A stretch of DNA of 64,000 nt, from the NCBI RefSeq assembly GCF_031769215.1, contig NW_026781950.1, forward strand, positions 1,550,001-1,614,000, written 5' to 3'. The notes below the pieces were generated by a model, which did no database searches, was not told the origin of the DNA, and was given only the letters and a program-made list of their open reading frames with translations. Source of the stretch: Ylistrum balloti (lineage: Eukaryota). Positions 1 to 13,630 of the stretch are shown piece after piece (position 1 is the stretch's first letter; every line of letters starts with the position of its first letter). The translations under genes were made by a program, and so were the position numbers.

Positions 1-850
1 CAAGTTAACATATTGGTTTAAGTGTTAACTCCAGCAGTGGAGTTCTTGACTGCAGCGTACAGCTACACAGCAATGCCATTTGTATCAAAATAATGTTACT
101 CTCTACGGCTGCGTACGCTACAGTATTACAAGGTTCAGCTCTCTGACAGCGTAGTAGTACTGGCATCATAAATCAAAAAAGGGAAAAGCCATTTGTGTTC
201 CGGAATGAAACAAAATCGATTTGAATATGTATTTTACAGGGTGTAATCCGCGACAAGCATTGATATCTTATTAAATGTAGAGTAAAGGTATCTGTATGTT
301 CGTGTCCACACCTTTAACGTTTCTTAACACTATTACAGACTCACCATTAATTTTTGCTATCAGTATCTTTGTGATATACAAACAATAATACATTTTGTTG
401 ACTTTCAAAATACTACCCAATCAAGTTACTTGATTTGAATTACTTAGTCATATGGTGTCTTTACCTTACATATACATTTAGATAAGACGACAGGACGTTA
501 ATCATAGATATTTTTCATAACGAAACATTTTGCGATTCTTATGCAAATTGGATTAATCTAGACAAATCTTGGATCGCATCAACGTGTATATCAACTGAAA
601 ATGTGAAACTGGTGGTTAAAATCAAGTTTAAATGATTTGTTTACCGACATCAAGCCGAATGTGCTTCAGTAACAGTCAGTTTTAAATCCAAAAGGCATCT
701 AGTACTAAAGTTTTACTGATAGTTTAGTTTATGTATTTATGTTTTATCAAGTCATGTTTCGAACATCACAAAACTAATGATCATGAGGCATTAAACTTAT
801 TTTATGTTAAACCTACGTTATCTCGAATTACGCCAAAATTCATTGAATTG

Positions 851-1030
851 ACAGTCGAACTTCATTATCTCGATGTCGACGGGACCGTGGGAAAAATACG
901 AGTTATCAGAATATTCGATTTATGTAAGCTCAAATACTTAATGCAAAAAATTTGCCGGGATCGATGAAATGCTTCGAATTAACCGGGGTCTTCGAGATAC
1001 ATGAGATCAAGATAACATGGTTCGGCAGTA
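851..1030. mobile_element. Degenerate MITE with ~24-bp terminal inverted repeats, in the opsin intron
   Basis: Left end ACAGTCGAACTTCATTATCTCGAT (851-874) matches the reverse complement of ATCAAGATAACATGGTTCGGCAGT (1006-1029) at 17/24. The right end terminates in TA, as in Tc1/mariner-type MITEs. Confidence 0.6.
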
Positions 1031-1290
1031 TCTAATAGCTGTATGACTGTAGAAACTCGTTTAAACGATGCATATTGACAGATATCCAATTATTTTCACT
1101 ATTTAATTTGTAGATTGACACAAAAACTTCTACTTCATGACAATAGCTACTTTATGGAAAGTTTTATCTCATCATCTTCGCACGCCGGTAGAGGTAGCAT
1201 AATGGATTATATCTAAAATGTTCACAATGATACGCACGTATCGCTTATGGTATTATTTTCAATTGACTATTCAACGTTGCACTCTTGACA

Positions 1291-1309
1291 AGAGAGAGAG
1301 AGAGAGAGA
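1291..1309. repeat. (AG)n microsatellite
   Basis: Direct read. Confidence 0.95.
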
Positions 1310-1527
1310 AATATATAACACCATCCAGACCATATCATACACCAACAGGCAGCTGATTTTGAATAACCATTACCATCACCGTAAGATGTAGCGAGATTAG
1401 TTTCCAATCGATCAATGGAACTTTGCGGCAGGTGTGTTGATATTAATGCAAGCGAACGTAGAAATTAGATGGCAAAATAAATGTCAAAGAGCTAAAAGAG
1501 AAGAGTAGAGAATATGTATGTACTTAC

Positions 1528-2214
1528 CAGGACCAGAATACTGATGTAGACATAGGACATCACTGCTAGTGGAAACCCCAGACCCAATATTAAAAGGCAC
1601 ACACTATATGATAAGTCGACTGGACTTCGAGCGGTCCAGTCTATTGAGCACGATATATTTGCTCCTTCAATGGTATATCTGTTCCATCCCAACAAGGGAT
1701 ATGCTGCTAGAAGAAATCCGTACATAAAACATCCAAACAGAAGAAGAAGAGTTGCTGACTGTGTGACAAGGTGTGACCAGTGACATTTTACAATCACTAT
1801 GTACTTTTCAAACGAGAGTACAGTCAAAATCGCGATTTGGGTCAACCCGAGTGCGGTAACTATGAACCCGTGGAATACACATCCAAAATGCCCAAACAGC
1901 CATTTTCCTGAAATCGCTGATGCCCCAACAAAAGGAATAGCCAACGATGCAATGAGAAAACTTGAAATACACAGTGCTATCAGTAGTATGTTTGGTCTTG
2001 TTTTCAACTTGCTGTGGACTAAAAACACGTATACAAATACTCCGTTGAAAAGAACTCCAGCCAGAAAAATGGAGAACATGAAAATAGCCAGTACAGCATA
2101 TTCTGCTTTGCTTATGGAAGTCGATGATGCATTTAGAAATTCCATTTCCATACTCGTCACATTTGTAAATAAAACTAAATCTGTACTGTTTGCACCAGGT
2201 GATTGGGCATTCAT
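1528..2214 (-). CDS. Opsin (class A GPCR, probably xenopsin), first coding exon, residues 1-229, TM1-TM5; gene continues left of the window
   Basis: Translation aligns to bovine rhodopsin with a constant +2 offset: N57 (N55), C112 and C189 (C110-C187 disulfide), EKY136-138 (ERY), GWNRYTIEG with E183 (E181), SCSIDW. Exon ends at CTG|GTAAGT, a phase-0 donor at 1527, so the last 11 residues of the listed ORF are intronic. Xenopsin is inferred from the GLTQI and CSIDW style and is less certain than the opsin call (about 0.6). The Lys296 exon is not in the window. Confidence 0.93.
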
Positions 2215-2323
2215 GTTTTGAAAACTATCTCCCAGCTACTACATGGGTATTTCTAGTCTCGTTTCAGTCTACATTCCCGCTGCCAAAACTCGAACGTTAA
2301 TTTCCAGTTGAAATGTTAAAGCT
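2215..2323 (-). other. 5' UTR portion of the opsin exon with upstream splice acceptor
   Basis: Minus strand reads TATCTCTCTCACAG|CTTTAAC with the AG at 2323-2322, a pyrimidine-rich acceptor 107 nt upstream of the ATG. This implies a non-coding upstream exon that I could not locate. Confidence 0.55.
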
Positions 2324-5300
2324 GTGAGAGAGATACGTATGATTAGGGATATTAATGCATAGAATCATATTCTGATAGTGAGTTGTAAATTATTCCAGTT
2401 TTTATGATGTTATCAAATCATCTAACCATCTGTTACAATCGTAAAAAACTTTCTAGGAGAAGTCATTGTTCTGAATAGTTAATCTTATGCCAAAGCTACA
2501 TTTCCTACATCACTTTATTTCTCGATATCCTACTCGATATCAGGAATCTAATGCATGTTCTAATCAGGTGCTTGATTCAATTATATGGTCAGTTATTTCC
2601 CACTGATGAACAGCAAAGCTATTGCCGTGATGTGAAACTGTCACGGGCGTTATCAATAACTTGAAACATGCTGTTCACAGTCTAGCAAATATAATTTTTG
2701 AGTTCCTTTAACATTTGATCGCCTTGAACAAAATTATTTATAACTAAATGTTCAGGCAAATACCATATCTCTTATTATTTTTAACCAATTCAATGCAAGA
2801 AATCCGGCTAACTATAACACTATTTTTTTATGAAATTATGCGAAAAACATTTTTTTTTATACTCGCGTACGGCTCCTGTGGTAGAAAGGTTGATATGATT
2901 ATTTTCTTAACAATATTGTATTGTCAATGGCAAAATAAAATCAGACTGTGAGAGCAGCTGATAGCAACGTTACTAATCGAAGAGTCACATCCCCCTAAGC
3001 CTACTCTACCTGTTGCGGTATGTAGACGCAGATGCTGTATCCAGAACAACAATACTATGCTACACACAGCCAGAACTATCTCTGGCAAGACAGCCACAGC
3101 CAGGGCTCTGCGAACGTATTTATACTTAAAGTTGAACTGAATCAATAATGTTGGGGCGGAGTAATACTTAATGACCCGCCAACCAAATAAATAAAGAATT
3201 TTCTGGTCGTTACATTCCGCCACGCAAAGGCTTACTAATTTACTAAATAAGTTAAAATTATGTTATGTTTATGTTATTTGATCTAGTGTTCATGTCGAAC
3301 CGTACTATCAAAATAATATATATGAAACCAATAAATAGGCGTGATTTTGTGTTAAAGATATACCTACAGATATTATCAATAATGAAATGAAATCTTGATA
3401 AAATGATTGACGGAGTGAGCAAAGTAAATAATTTATCTAATACACTATATGTATGTGAATCTTAACTCAAATTTTGAGATTGGCTTTGCTGCTGTAAGCT
3501 TACGGACCTCCAAAATGAACAAAAGATCTATGTACACGAAACCAGTACATTACTTTCTTATTTAGATAAACCTTTCCCAACGTCTTTTTGACAACATTTT
3601 TATATCAGTTTATCTCGAATTATTGAAGTTTTATGTGTACTTTAAGACAGATGGGCATTTACATTGCGTGGAAAACAATTTTTCCCAGGTTAGTCTGTTG
3701 CCAATTTCATGTGATCGGAATAGCTGCAATCTTATCTTGTCTAGGTTACATTTCACTATGATATCAATATAGAAGATTCTGTATAATTTTTTTGTATTTA
3801 CACTTTCGAATATGAGAACATGTGTATCATGCGGGTACCTTAAATGACTAATAAAACCGCGGGAGATATATTTTGATAGATTTTATGCAAAATGTTTGTT
3901 GGCAAAGGTCTTAATTTTCAACTAAATTTTGCTTTTACATCCCATTACCACTATTTGGACGAAGGGACGGTATAGTACAGTTTTCTCATCCGTCCGGTAT
4001 GCATATAAGACTGATCTAGTTTGGGCATACGTCAGTTACGAAATGTAGGACAATGCTTCGGCGATATTCGCATGAACAGCATTAGTAGAAAACATATTGT
4101 TAATTGCAAGTGAAACTGACATCGCATACTTTTTGTTCTATTTACACAAAACATAATGATCAGATGGGCACTCTTGAGAAGGTTGAAGATCGCACAACGT
4201 ATAGGACATATTAAGCTGATAGCTCTCCATATGTCATTCCGGTAGAAATTATCAAAACCGTTTCAAATATTCTATTTGAGTCGTATATGGAGTTAAGTGT
4301 GCTGGACGTTCGTTAGTATTACCATGGTGTCGTTGTAATCAAACTGGTTCTCACTTTGGGAACATGTCATTAAAATCTATAAATATTTACAAGATGATCC
4401 TAGTCGATCAGGTAAATGTTTGCTTTGTTTCTAATTATCTTTCGTTGATTCGATTTTGTTTAAATGCTGATAACCACTCTTTGTGTTTGCATAATTTGGT
4501 TTCATATTCTATTGATACTATCTCTATTCTATTTCTGTATCAAGCCATCTCTTAATGCCAACTGTGCCACTTAAAATACGCACGTATCCAATATAACTGA
4601 GAGCTAATGAACAACTTTGCACATTCATTCATCTAAAAGTTAATCCGAAGCAAATATGTGTTCATAGCCAACCTCTTTATTATAACTGAAGGGAATTCAA
4701 TTACATGCCCTTGATTTCCATACCTATAAGTATCAGGAGTTAACATGTTTCAGCACTCGGCAGATATTGTATTTCAATATGCAATTAATATTAAAGGTGT
4801 TACTTATTTGAGTGCATTATTTGCTCTAATGGTATACTAATATCAGTTTTCATTTTCTCTCTAAAAATATACCGGAAACAGCGGATCATACTGCCTATAT
4901 ATTACTGCCGTAATTACAGAAAGAGAGAAACACTCATAGAAAACATGAAACATTAGTGTGTCTCAGTTCTCATACACAGATATTAACAAGGCCAATATTA
5001 GTTCTCTTTTCATCTAACATGCTACTCCGTGTTTTGTTTAGTACGACCTACCTACAGCATGGATTGAAGAGCGTGTCAGTTAAGAGTAGGAAACAACTGC
5101 ATCAAATAGTTTAACAGACATAATGAGCTTTTTGTAAAATTTTCCGTCCTTTTTCAAATCATCGAAAATACAGCGACTCACTATGTAATGTAAAAAAAAA
5201 AAAATATTTCCCTGGAGTGCAAACCTTTTTACTTTCTCACATTACAGTAATAAAAGTCAGTTCGTAAGCATGCCAGAGGAAGGTAGCTCAGGATGAAACC

Positions 5301-8300
5301 GATTGATCAAGAATATAGAAATGTATAAGAGCAGATCTGACAATAAACATCCTAAGGCCAATCCTTACTACTTACATAAAACATGATATCCAGGATCACG
5401 GTATTTATTCTATACACGAATCAGAGTCAGGGAAGACTGTAACCCTAATCAAAATGTTTTGATGTTAAATGTATCAAATTACTGGAAAAACGGGTTGTTA
5501 TTGTACTGATTGTTCCTGTGTATAAATCGTCAGAACCGCCAATTTGAAATGTTACTAGTTTTATCACAACATTGCATTTTATTGTGTGTTTTTTTTTCAT
5601 TTCTTGAGCGTCTCTCTATGCAATTAACCGTATCTGCTCTAGTCTCGCATTGAGATGAAAAAAAAAAAAAAAAAAAAACGGAAAAGTGACACTTATTTTT
5701 ATTTTCACGTAATATCTTCGTGGCATCCAGCTTAACCAAGTACATGTAGGCGGTGATGGCATGTACTGGCGAGCTGATGAGTATGAAACTCCTACTTAAC
5801 GAGCCTGTTTTGTCAGTCAACCTTTTAGAAGTGAGTGAAATATCGTAGAAAACAGCTTAATTACAAAACGTTTAATGTTTGCGTGTGACCACCGAGGGAA
5901 GGCTTAAGTTTAGACATAGACACATTTTAATTAAAACAAGTATTAATGTGCTGTTTGGTACAATAATACAACGGTAACAAAATAGATTTCCCAGAGAGGC
6001 GACTAATGTGGGAAAATTAAATATCCTTGAATTTAGATCAAATTGAGTGTATATATTTATTATAATTATTATAACACTTCGAACACCGAGGTTACGTGAT
6101 TGGACAAAATGGCCAACCTAGTGAGGTTTTAGATAATGTTTTTCTTTTGACATGTGTCGTTGGGGGTACTTGTTTAATTACAACATGCAATTATTATTAT
6201 TATTTCTTATTTTCCTTTAACTTTTGGACACTTTCCTCCAAAACGTTAAGTTGGACCTTTACCAATCGTATAGTGATTAACTCTAATGACCTCTACATGT
6301 GTAAAGAAATTCTGTTTTCTGATTTGATAAGATGGCCGCCACCCTCTGGTTCCGTATTGACCAAGACATCTCAACCTATATCCGTTGTTCAACGCATCAA
6401 ATTGGCGTCTTTGGAAATGATAACAGCAGGCCATTCTCTCTGATAGTGTTATAAAAAAGGCATTGGAGGGTTCCAATTGATAGAAATAAAGTTGTCGGAT
6501 TTTAGTGAAAACTTAAATTGTAGATGATGTATGACATCCGAAACAGATGATTGAACAAATTGGCCGACATTAAGTAGTCAAAAGTTTCATTTTTATATGT
6601 GCAGGTCAGGGTTCCCGGCCTGTGTTATGTTAATTGTTTGAAAATTCGTATATGTATATGCCAGCCTGTGTCAGTATCCTTCATTATGAAGATCATCTAA
6701 TAAGCATGCATCATTCATTCATGAAAAGGTTGTTGAGGAGACGTATGTAACAGGCTCCTTTACAGCTAATGGTTGTTGTTATACGAAATATACATTATTT
6801 CCGACTAAAGGAACTCGAAATGTCATTATTTGATGTTAAAGTCTAGCGTATATATGTTTTCAATATTTTACGGGCCATATGTAGACAGTGTCATAGGAAG
6901 ATGCGATAAATCATTGATGATACTTAAGATGAACACAATAGATAGCAAGATCCATACCAAAATCAAATTATGAAGAAAACATGATGGCAAGTCTTTCCTA
7001 TAGAATTGTTATTGCTGATATCCACCTATAATTTGTCATTCAATATGAACTATTTAAATTTGCATTGGTCCGAGAAGGACCTAATTGCTTTTAACAGCTT
7101 AACGAAACTTCGATGGCTGAACTGTATTATAAGCCGATTTTGTATAAAAAGAGGTGTTACTTACTTTTTCGCCATTTGTACAATCCTTTGAAGCACACAC
7201 GAGAAAGCATGTTTCTTTTCATGACTGATTTATCTGAGACACAAGATAAAATCCTCATATTTCCTTACAAGGGCGGACGGTCAGCACTATTACCAAAGAT
7301 TAGGAGGTATACATTCACTCTCGTCTTTCATTAGCCCTTTTATTTACTTGAGACCAAAACTTTTTCACTTCCTGTTTAATTCTTTAATGCTACTTAAACA
7401 AAATTCATTTACGGATTTTGTCAACCTTTTTCGTCTTCTTGTGAAACAGGTCAACTAATTTAAGCCTAAATACAATACGAATGCAGCGATAATCACAACA
7501 TAATCACAAGATTGAGCAATACACTGTATAAACATTTAAAGGCATATTTCGTAAAGTCATGTTGTGGTGTAATTGGAAACAGTTTCTCATTGTTTCAATG
7601 TTGACGTAATGCATCCATATGTAATAGATTTCTGTTTGCATATTGTGACGGTTGGGATCGTGAAAAGGGAAACAAAAATGAGCCCCCCCCCTTTCCCAAC
7701 ACAAGGAGCGAAATGACGACATTTCCAGACTTCAAATCAATTTTGTGTTTTCATTCGTATATTGATAAAGGCAAGCGTTGACAATGACTTCAGTTGAAAT
7801 AGAACTACGCCATAATCCCTCATCTGTTTGAGGATTAGTGTGTTTCCCAAAGTTGTGCTTTGTTTCAGGTAATGATCCAGATCACTGACAGAATAATTTA
7901 ACAGCCACTTGTGAAAATATGGCCAATGGTATTAATGTCAATTATTCTCGATTATGATCCAAACCGATGTCCTGGTGGTGTTACGGCTTAACATAGGATT
8001 CAGACATCGTATCCTGGTGGTATTAGTTGCTGATACTGTCAATTCACTATGAGAGCGGCTTAACGTAAAGAGATCTTCCTCCGCAAAAAAAGGTAAACCC
8101 ATGGTCACAGCTCAAAGGTAATCTTCTTGTCATGTTAGCATTTTCAGAAATTTATAGCTGTACTGGGATGAAGTCATACGCCACACAGTGTTTTCCTACA
8201 TTATAGCACCCGGTGATAATTCGTTGTGATAGCTTTGAATGATCAAACTTACTCTTTAATTAAGTATAGCAAGATATAAATACACAAAGAACAGAGAGAA

Positions 8301-11300
8301 ATGTCACTTGTTTTAGAAAGAATGCACATTTTACAACAAAGACACTCGGCATGTGGTAATGTCAAGGTAATTATAACGAACGGTTCTGAAAAGAAAAACA
8401 AACAAAAATAAATAGAAAAAAAATAATAGAAAAAAGAACATCGATATGTTAATGAAGACTCGCATAAAGGTTTCAAATATCACCAGAAAAAAATCATCTT
8501 AGCTTTGTCCTTTTGTGATGGTCGTAATATATAAATATATCTTTGGATTTAAAATTAGGGTTTTTCATCTGACTATTCTAGTGTCGTTGATTATGTGTTA
8601 CAGTTGATATGACATATTGTCCTTTTAATTGCCTATCCTACTTAATATTATAATAATGCATCCGAGTTTTAAAAGCAGCGACAGATATTTCATTAATACA
8701 GAAGTATTCTTATTGAGTGAAAGTATACTTATTGAGTGATTTTGAGTTACAAAGGATACGGAATGTTTAATGCAAAAAGATGGTCATTCATGAATACTGG
8801 CATTTTTTTTTATTGTTTTAATAACATATTGTAAGAATCATTTCAAGGAAACGCGAGGCGAGTAGAGGTGTCTTTGTATATTACATTCTTCAATTATATC
8901 TATTCCCTTCTTAATCATAGCCTCAGTTTTGGCTTTGAAGTGCGCGCCCTTGTGAGGAAGAATACGGATTTTCCCCGCGAGGCTATGACATAACAAATTC
9001 AATATAACTTGCTCCTTTCCTGATGTTCAACACTAATTGGATGCTGCATTAACTATATTTTGACTAATTGGTGTTCGAGTATTATGGACTGTGAGGTATG
9101 GCATACGTAATGTGCTGTAGGCATTACATTATAGTGAACCAGCATTATAAAATAGCAAAAATGGCCTATTTATTCATTTACATATGTGTTAAAATGCACA
9201 AAGAAGGGAAGGCAGACTTAAACCAAATACACCTGCTACAATTCGTTAAATGTAAAGAAGCACTTGCTTGTTTAATTCTATAAGGGCTGTCAATCATAAT
9301 TTCAAGTTTTGTACATTCTTTACTTTATCATATATATACATATAATATGTAATCTAGTTTCAATTATTGCTTATTTATGTCTTATCCTGATAGCAAACTT
9401 CAACCGTTAAAACCAAATATGGAATTCTGTCAGCCATTTTATTATCTTAATATGGCACAAAATTGAATGGGCACTTCTTAAGGCAATATGGAACATGAAC
9501 ATTCTTTATAAAAATATATCTTTTCGATATTTCTCAACAAATAGCGATAACAGTGTTCAGCTGTCAAAGTCAAAGACTGACGCCTGTCGATCATTTTTGT
9601 TTCAGCTGCGGACCATGGGAACCAAATACATTCATTTTGAGAAATATCCCTCCCAAACATTCACAACAAGTCCGAGGAATATCCCTCCACTTCTTCTCAG
9701 GAAAAAAACAGCGACAACAAACTTCAACTGTCAAAATAAAAAATGGCCACCCGTTAGACATTTTTTCACTGATCAGTCTCGAAATTAACTAAGGAACTAG
9801 GGAACACAGGGAACATACAACGTACACATCACCTTTGCGCACTTCTCAAGAAATAGTGATAGAAGGGATTGTTAACGGACGGATCAGAAGACCGATTTAT
9901 ACAGCCAAGCAATTAAATATGGTGGTCTTCAATTGTAGTAATAGAATTAACATTTTATACATTTTTTGAAATGCATTGTGACTGTTAAACGATTCTATCT
10001 ACCGTTCCACATAAGCTGGATGAAAAGTATACTAATCGATATAAAAATTGCGACATAAGGTTTTTTTGTTGCATAATATTTCTTTAACGTATCATTTATT
10101 TCATCTTTATGATTTAACTTTCTGGCTTCAAACCGTGATAAATTGATAAAAAGCACTATTCATGACTAAAAAGGAAAAACGAAGCCTGAAACGTTTCGAT
10201 CAACCTCCGCAACAAACACAGGTTTTCGGACGGCAGACAAACACCTACGCTAACGTCATGTTAGGGCGGCACGTGTGCTGGCCATGTGCTCGTTTCCCTA
10301 CCTGTGTTTGCGTTGGAACTTAATACAATAAAGCAGATGAAACGATACTCTGTTGACATATATCTTCAACGTTTATTGAGGCTATCGCCACCTACAATCG
10401 GGATTGTCAACAAAAAAAAAATAACCATAAATTGTCTTGCCCACCATAATCAGCTAATAAAGTACATTTACTTTACTCGTCAAACGTACCACATGCTTTG
10501 CCTGTATACTGCAATATTAGGATGCTTATGGAATTTAAAACTCTCTATGGTTTCTGTTTTATATCAAGGAAGTTTACACGGATGATGAGATAATTCAAGA
10601 ACCCATCTTTAATACTATAATTCAAAATCACGAGAAAATAATGTCATGTCGACATTATTTCAATTCGCAATCAAAACTCTTGAAACGGAGTTAAAACATT
10701 ATCAAAAACAATAATTTACATTAAACCCTTTAAAAGAGTACGAAGGAACTAAACCCAAGTGTTTCGACAAGGAACATGTGTACTGTTACCGCCATGTTTT
10801 GCTTTAGACACAATAAAAGGAAATGCAGAACTAACTTTAGATCACAAAAGAGGATATATCATTCCCAAATGAGACTTTCCTGTAGTATTACACCTACATC
10901 TTCAGAAATCTGTGTTGTGATTGTATGTGTGGATATATCTTTCGGCAATCACATTATTCGAAACGAAACCCTTGATCAGCTGTGACATGTATATACACTA
11001 GCGGGAATATAGTTATTTACTAAGGAATCAATATGCTTATCACATATATTTTTAGGAAAATACCCTTACCTGAAAACATCAAGGGAGGTTTTCAGTCCTT
11101 GTTGTACAATCTTAGTCGCTATATATGATCAATATTTGTTCTTGTTATTTTAAGACAAGACATTATAAGATATGAAAATGGAAACTGTATGCACTGGTCA
11201 GTACTTTGTGACAAGTTCTGGTGAGCTAGTTACATAAATCAGTCCTCCTAAGAAAAAAAAATTAGATATACATATCGTTTTTTAAAGCTCTTAAGCTCTT

Positions 11301-11731
11301 CATTTATTTAGTAAATAGCGTAACAATGTTGTAATACTATTTTGATTGTCCTTTCTCAAAAATCACAAATGTTTGCCGAACAATTTAAGGGACGAGCAAT
11401 AAAACGTAGTTTATAGAGATTCTGGTGGTCACGAGTCCAATATAAACGAGGCAGTGCGTTTTCCATCAAGATGTAATCTGTATAGTCGTGATACTGACTC
11501 ATGTGTAAAACACGCAAACATGTGCACATAATACAGGACAGAATAAAATCAGTGTATTGAAAAAAATATTAATATAATTTTGTCATTAAAATAAAGCAGC
11601 TACTTCAAACTGTGTATATTTCTCATTTCCTCTCATTGTGTCACCGTTCCCATCACAATACAATCCAAACTCAAATTAGATAAAACAGGGCAAAATATGA
11701 ACAACCTAAGATTTACATGAGAGTCCTGAAA

Positions 11732-11826
11732 AAGTATAAGGAAAATGAGACCAATGGCTCGGAAGAGCAACCGACTGCTGCCTCATCGACAACACCCATC
11801 ATGTCAATCTTGGTCAATCCAGGTAA
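11732..11826 (-). mobile_element. 3' end fragment of Penelope-like family A
   Basis: Reverse complement matches the shared 3' block GGTGTCGTCGATGAAGCAGAAGACGC...CTTCCGGAACACC and its flanks as seen at 26484-26550. Confidence 0.6.
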
Positions 11827-12949
11827 GAAAACATATGAATTCCCCTTTTTTCAACTTATCTAAAGGAAGGGTTTGTTATGGGTTTGCATGACTCTTTTTA
11901 ATCTATTTTCGCTTTTCAAGTAACATCGCGAGTTCCTACATTTTCAATTAGCTTTTTCCGCACGTTGGTATTTGGAAAGGTAAACCAAATCTACAGAAGA
12001 ATTCAGAAGTTTTTTTTTTCAGTTACTGTATTCGTTGTGTGATTTTGTAGGCATATGCTTCAATCCAGAAAGAATATGAATATCAATCACAATAATCTGT
12101 GATGCATTGCACTTATTTGGATGTGACGTGACCGTCTGGGAACATATTTAGAACAGTAAATATTGTGAATGGTAGGCAATGAAGTGGATCTACCCATATA
12201 TGGACTTCTTCTATTCACCGCTCCATTAATTACAATGTAACGTCATATGACAAACCATGGTAATTAAACATTTTCTTTTTTCTGGGGTATTTTATCTCCA
12301 CAAAAGTAACACTTGCATAGGTCAACACTCTTTGAATTGTATTTCGAAGTTGGCCAGTAATCTGCACATACTGTTTGCCTTTCTCTGCCATTTGAGTTCA
12401 AAGATTTTTTTTACAATAATGGGGCTATCCTAATTCGTTTCCATCACACCGATCTATCAAGTTAGTATTGTTCCCGAGATTCAACATGCATGTTTTCAAC
12501 TTCTGTTGTGTAAGAAACGTTTACGACAACTACAACCATCCATCCGACGTTGTATATCGGAGTCAAACATGTCATTGATACTGATCTACCCAACGAGTAT
12601 ACCTTGAAGCTTCAGTTTACGTCTTTAACCAGATTAACGCTGCATGGTCGGTATGAGTGATTAACTAGGTGCCCCACTGTTATATCTAAAGTATCTATCA
12701 AAGGTAGCTACAGCTAGTAACTCCAAGTACTTTAATAGTTCTGTTGATCCCTGCTAATATGTTTTATTTTCGTAGCATATATCTTACCCTTACCATCCTG
12801 TATTTGGTGTAGAACATAACTCATTGCGTATGTGCTTGCGTCACAGTCAAATGCACTAATAGGATTTGACATGCTAAAGTCAAATGAGGAGCAAATAGGC
12901 ATTTTAAACTACGACAAGCCCCCTAAAGTCATGCACAAAAATTTATTGC

Positions 12950-13630
12950 TAGAGCATAACAAAGCATGGCTTCAGTTCATAGAGTCCTTCTTCGATGGCA
13001 AATGCCGTTTTGGGACAACAGTTTAGGGCATGAAGCTAAAAAAGCTCACTAGAGACTTGTGCGTGACTCAGTAAACACCGTTCTCTAGCAAGGAGTTGTT
13101 CCTTCCTAATTTTATGTCCAGAGATGATTTTTCTGGGAGCCTTTTATTCAAATGGTTTGCTTTTGTCTACGGACAATAGTTTGATGTTTCCTATTGTCCA
13201 ATCTAGTATATGTCGTGAAAATCAGGTTACAAAATTTAAGTTCTTTCTGATACATCTTGAATAAGTGGAGTCTAGATTGTGTTCCAGTTTGATACGTCAA
13301 ACTAGTATCTCGTTACTTTGTGTCACTGGGGAAATAATGTCATCAAACATCACCCTGTATTTTGATATCATTAGCATTAAAGTTTAATACTGATTTAACC
13401 ACTTCGATTATTAAGGTATGGACACAAATTCCTAATTCCTATTCGCGTACATGTCCATCAAAACTGATAGGATTTGTGTTAAGTTCTACCAGTCTCATCA
13501 CTTCCACAACCTCAGAGTTTTCAAATTGGAATTTGATTCCCCTCCATTTGTCTTCATCGAATTTCAATTAGTAAAACACCATTATTCCCTTAAAGCGTTC
13601 CCACTGTATTTTTACAAAGGAGACTAAATA
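12950..13630 (-). mobile_element. Highly decayed reverse-transcriptase fragment, Penelope-like, different subfamily from family A
   Basis: Minus-strand translation with stops and frameshifts gives, in the correct order, an SLY.NI-like segment, EVMRLVELNTNPISFDGHVRE*ELGIC (resembles N.F.FDG..Y.Q..G..MG), RVMFDDII (YxDD-like) and an LNF segment. No intact motif. Confidence 0.42.

Noticed and set aside
1799-2221. 140-aa + strand ORF
   Set aside because: Antisense shadow of the opsin exon.
2940-3250. Opsin promoter with K50 homeodomain-like TAAGCC sites
   Set aside because: Such hexamers are expected by chance in AT-rich DNA, and no donor or TSS can be assigned from sequence alone.
5725-5795. 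CTGATGA-GTAT-GAAAC next to a 10-bp hairpin, resembling a hammerhead
   Set aside because: There is no stem II between CUGAUGA and GAAA, the hairpin is separated from the core by 4 nt, and no compatible NUH/stem III exists. Unrelated to the repeat family.
11717-11827. Apparent coding exon (MRVLKKYKENE...VNP) ending in AG|GTAAG
   Set aside because: It is the antisense strand of the Penelope-like 3' repeat; the CCAGGTA motif recurs in the 18.8-kb copy.
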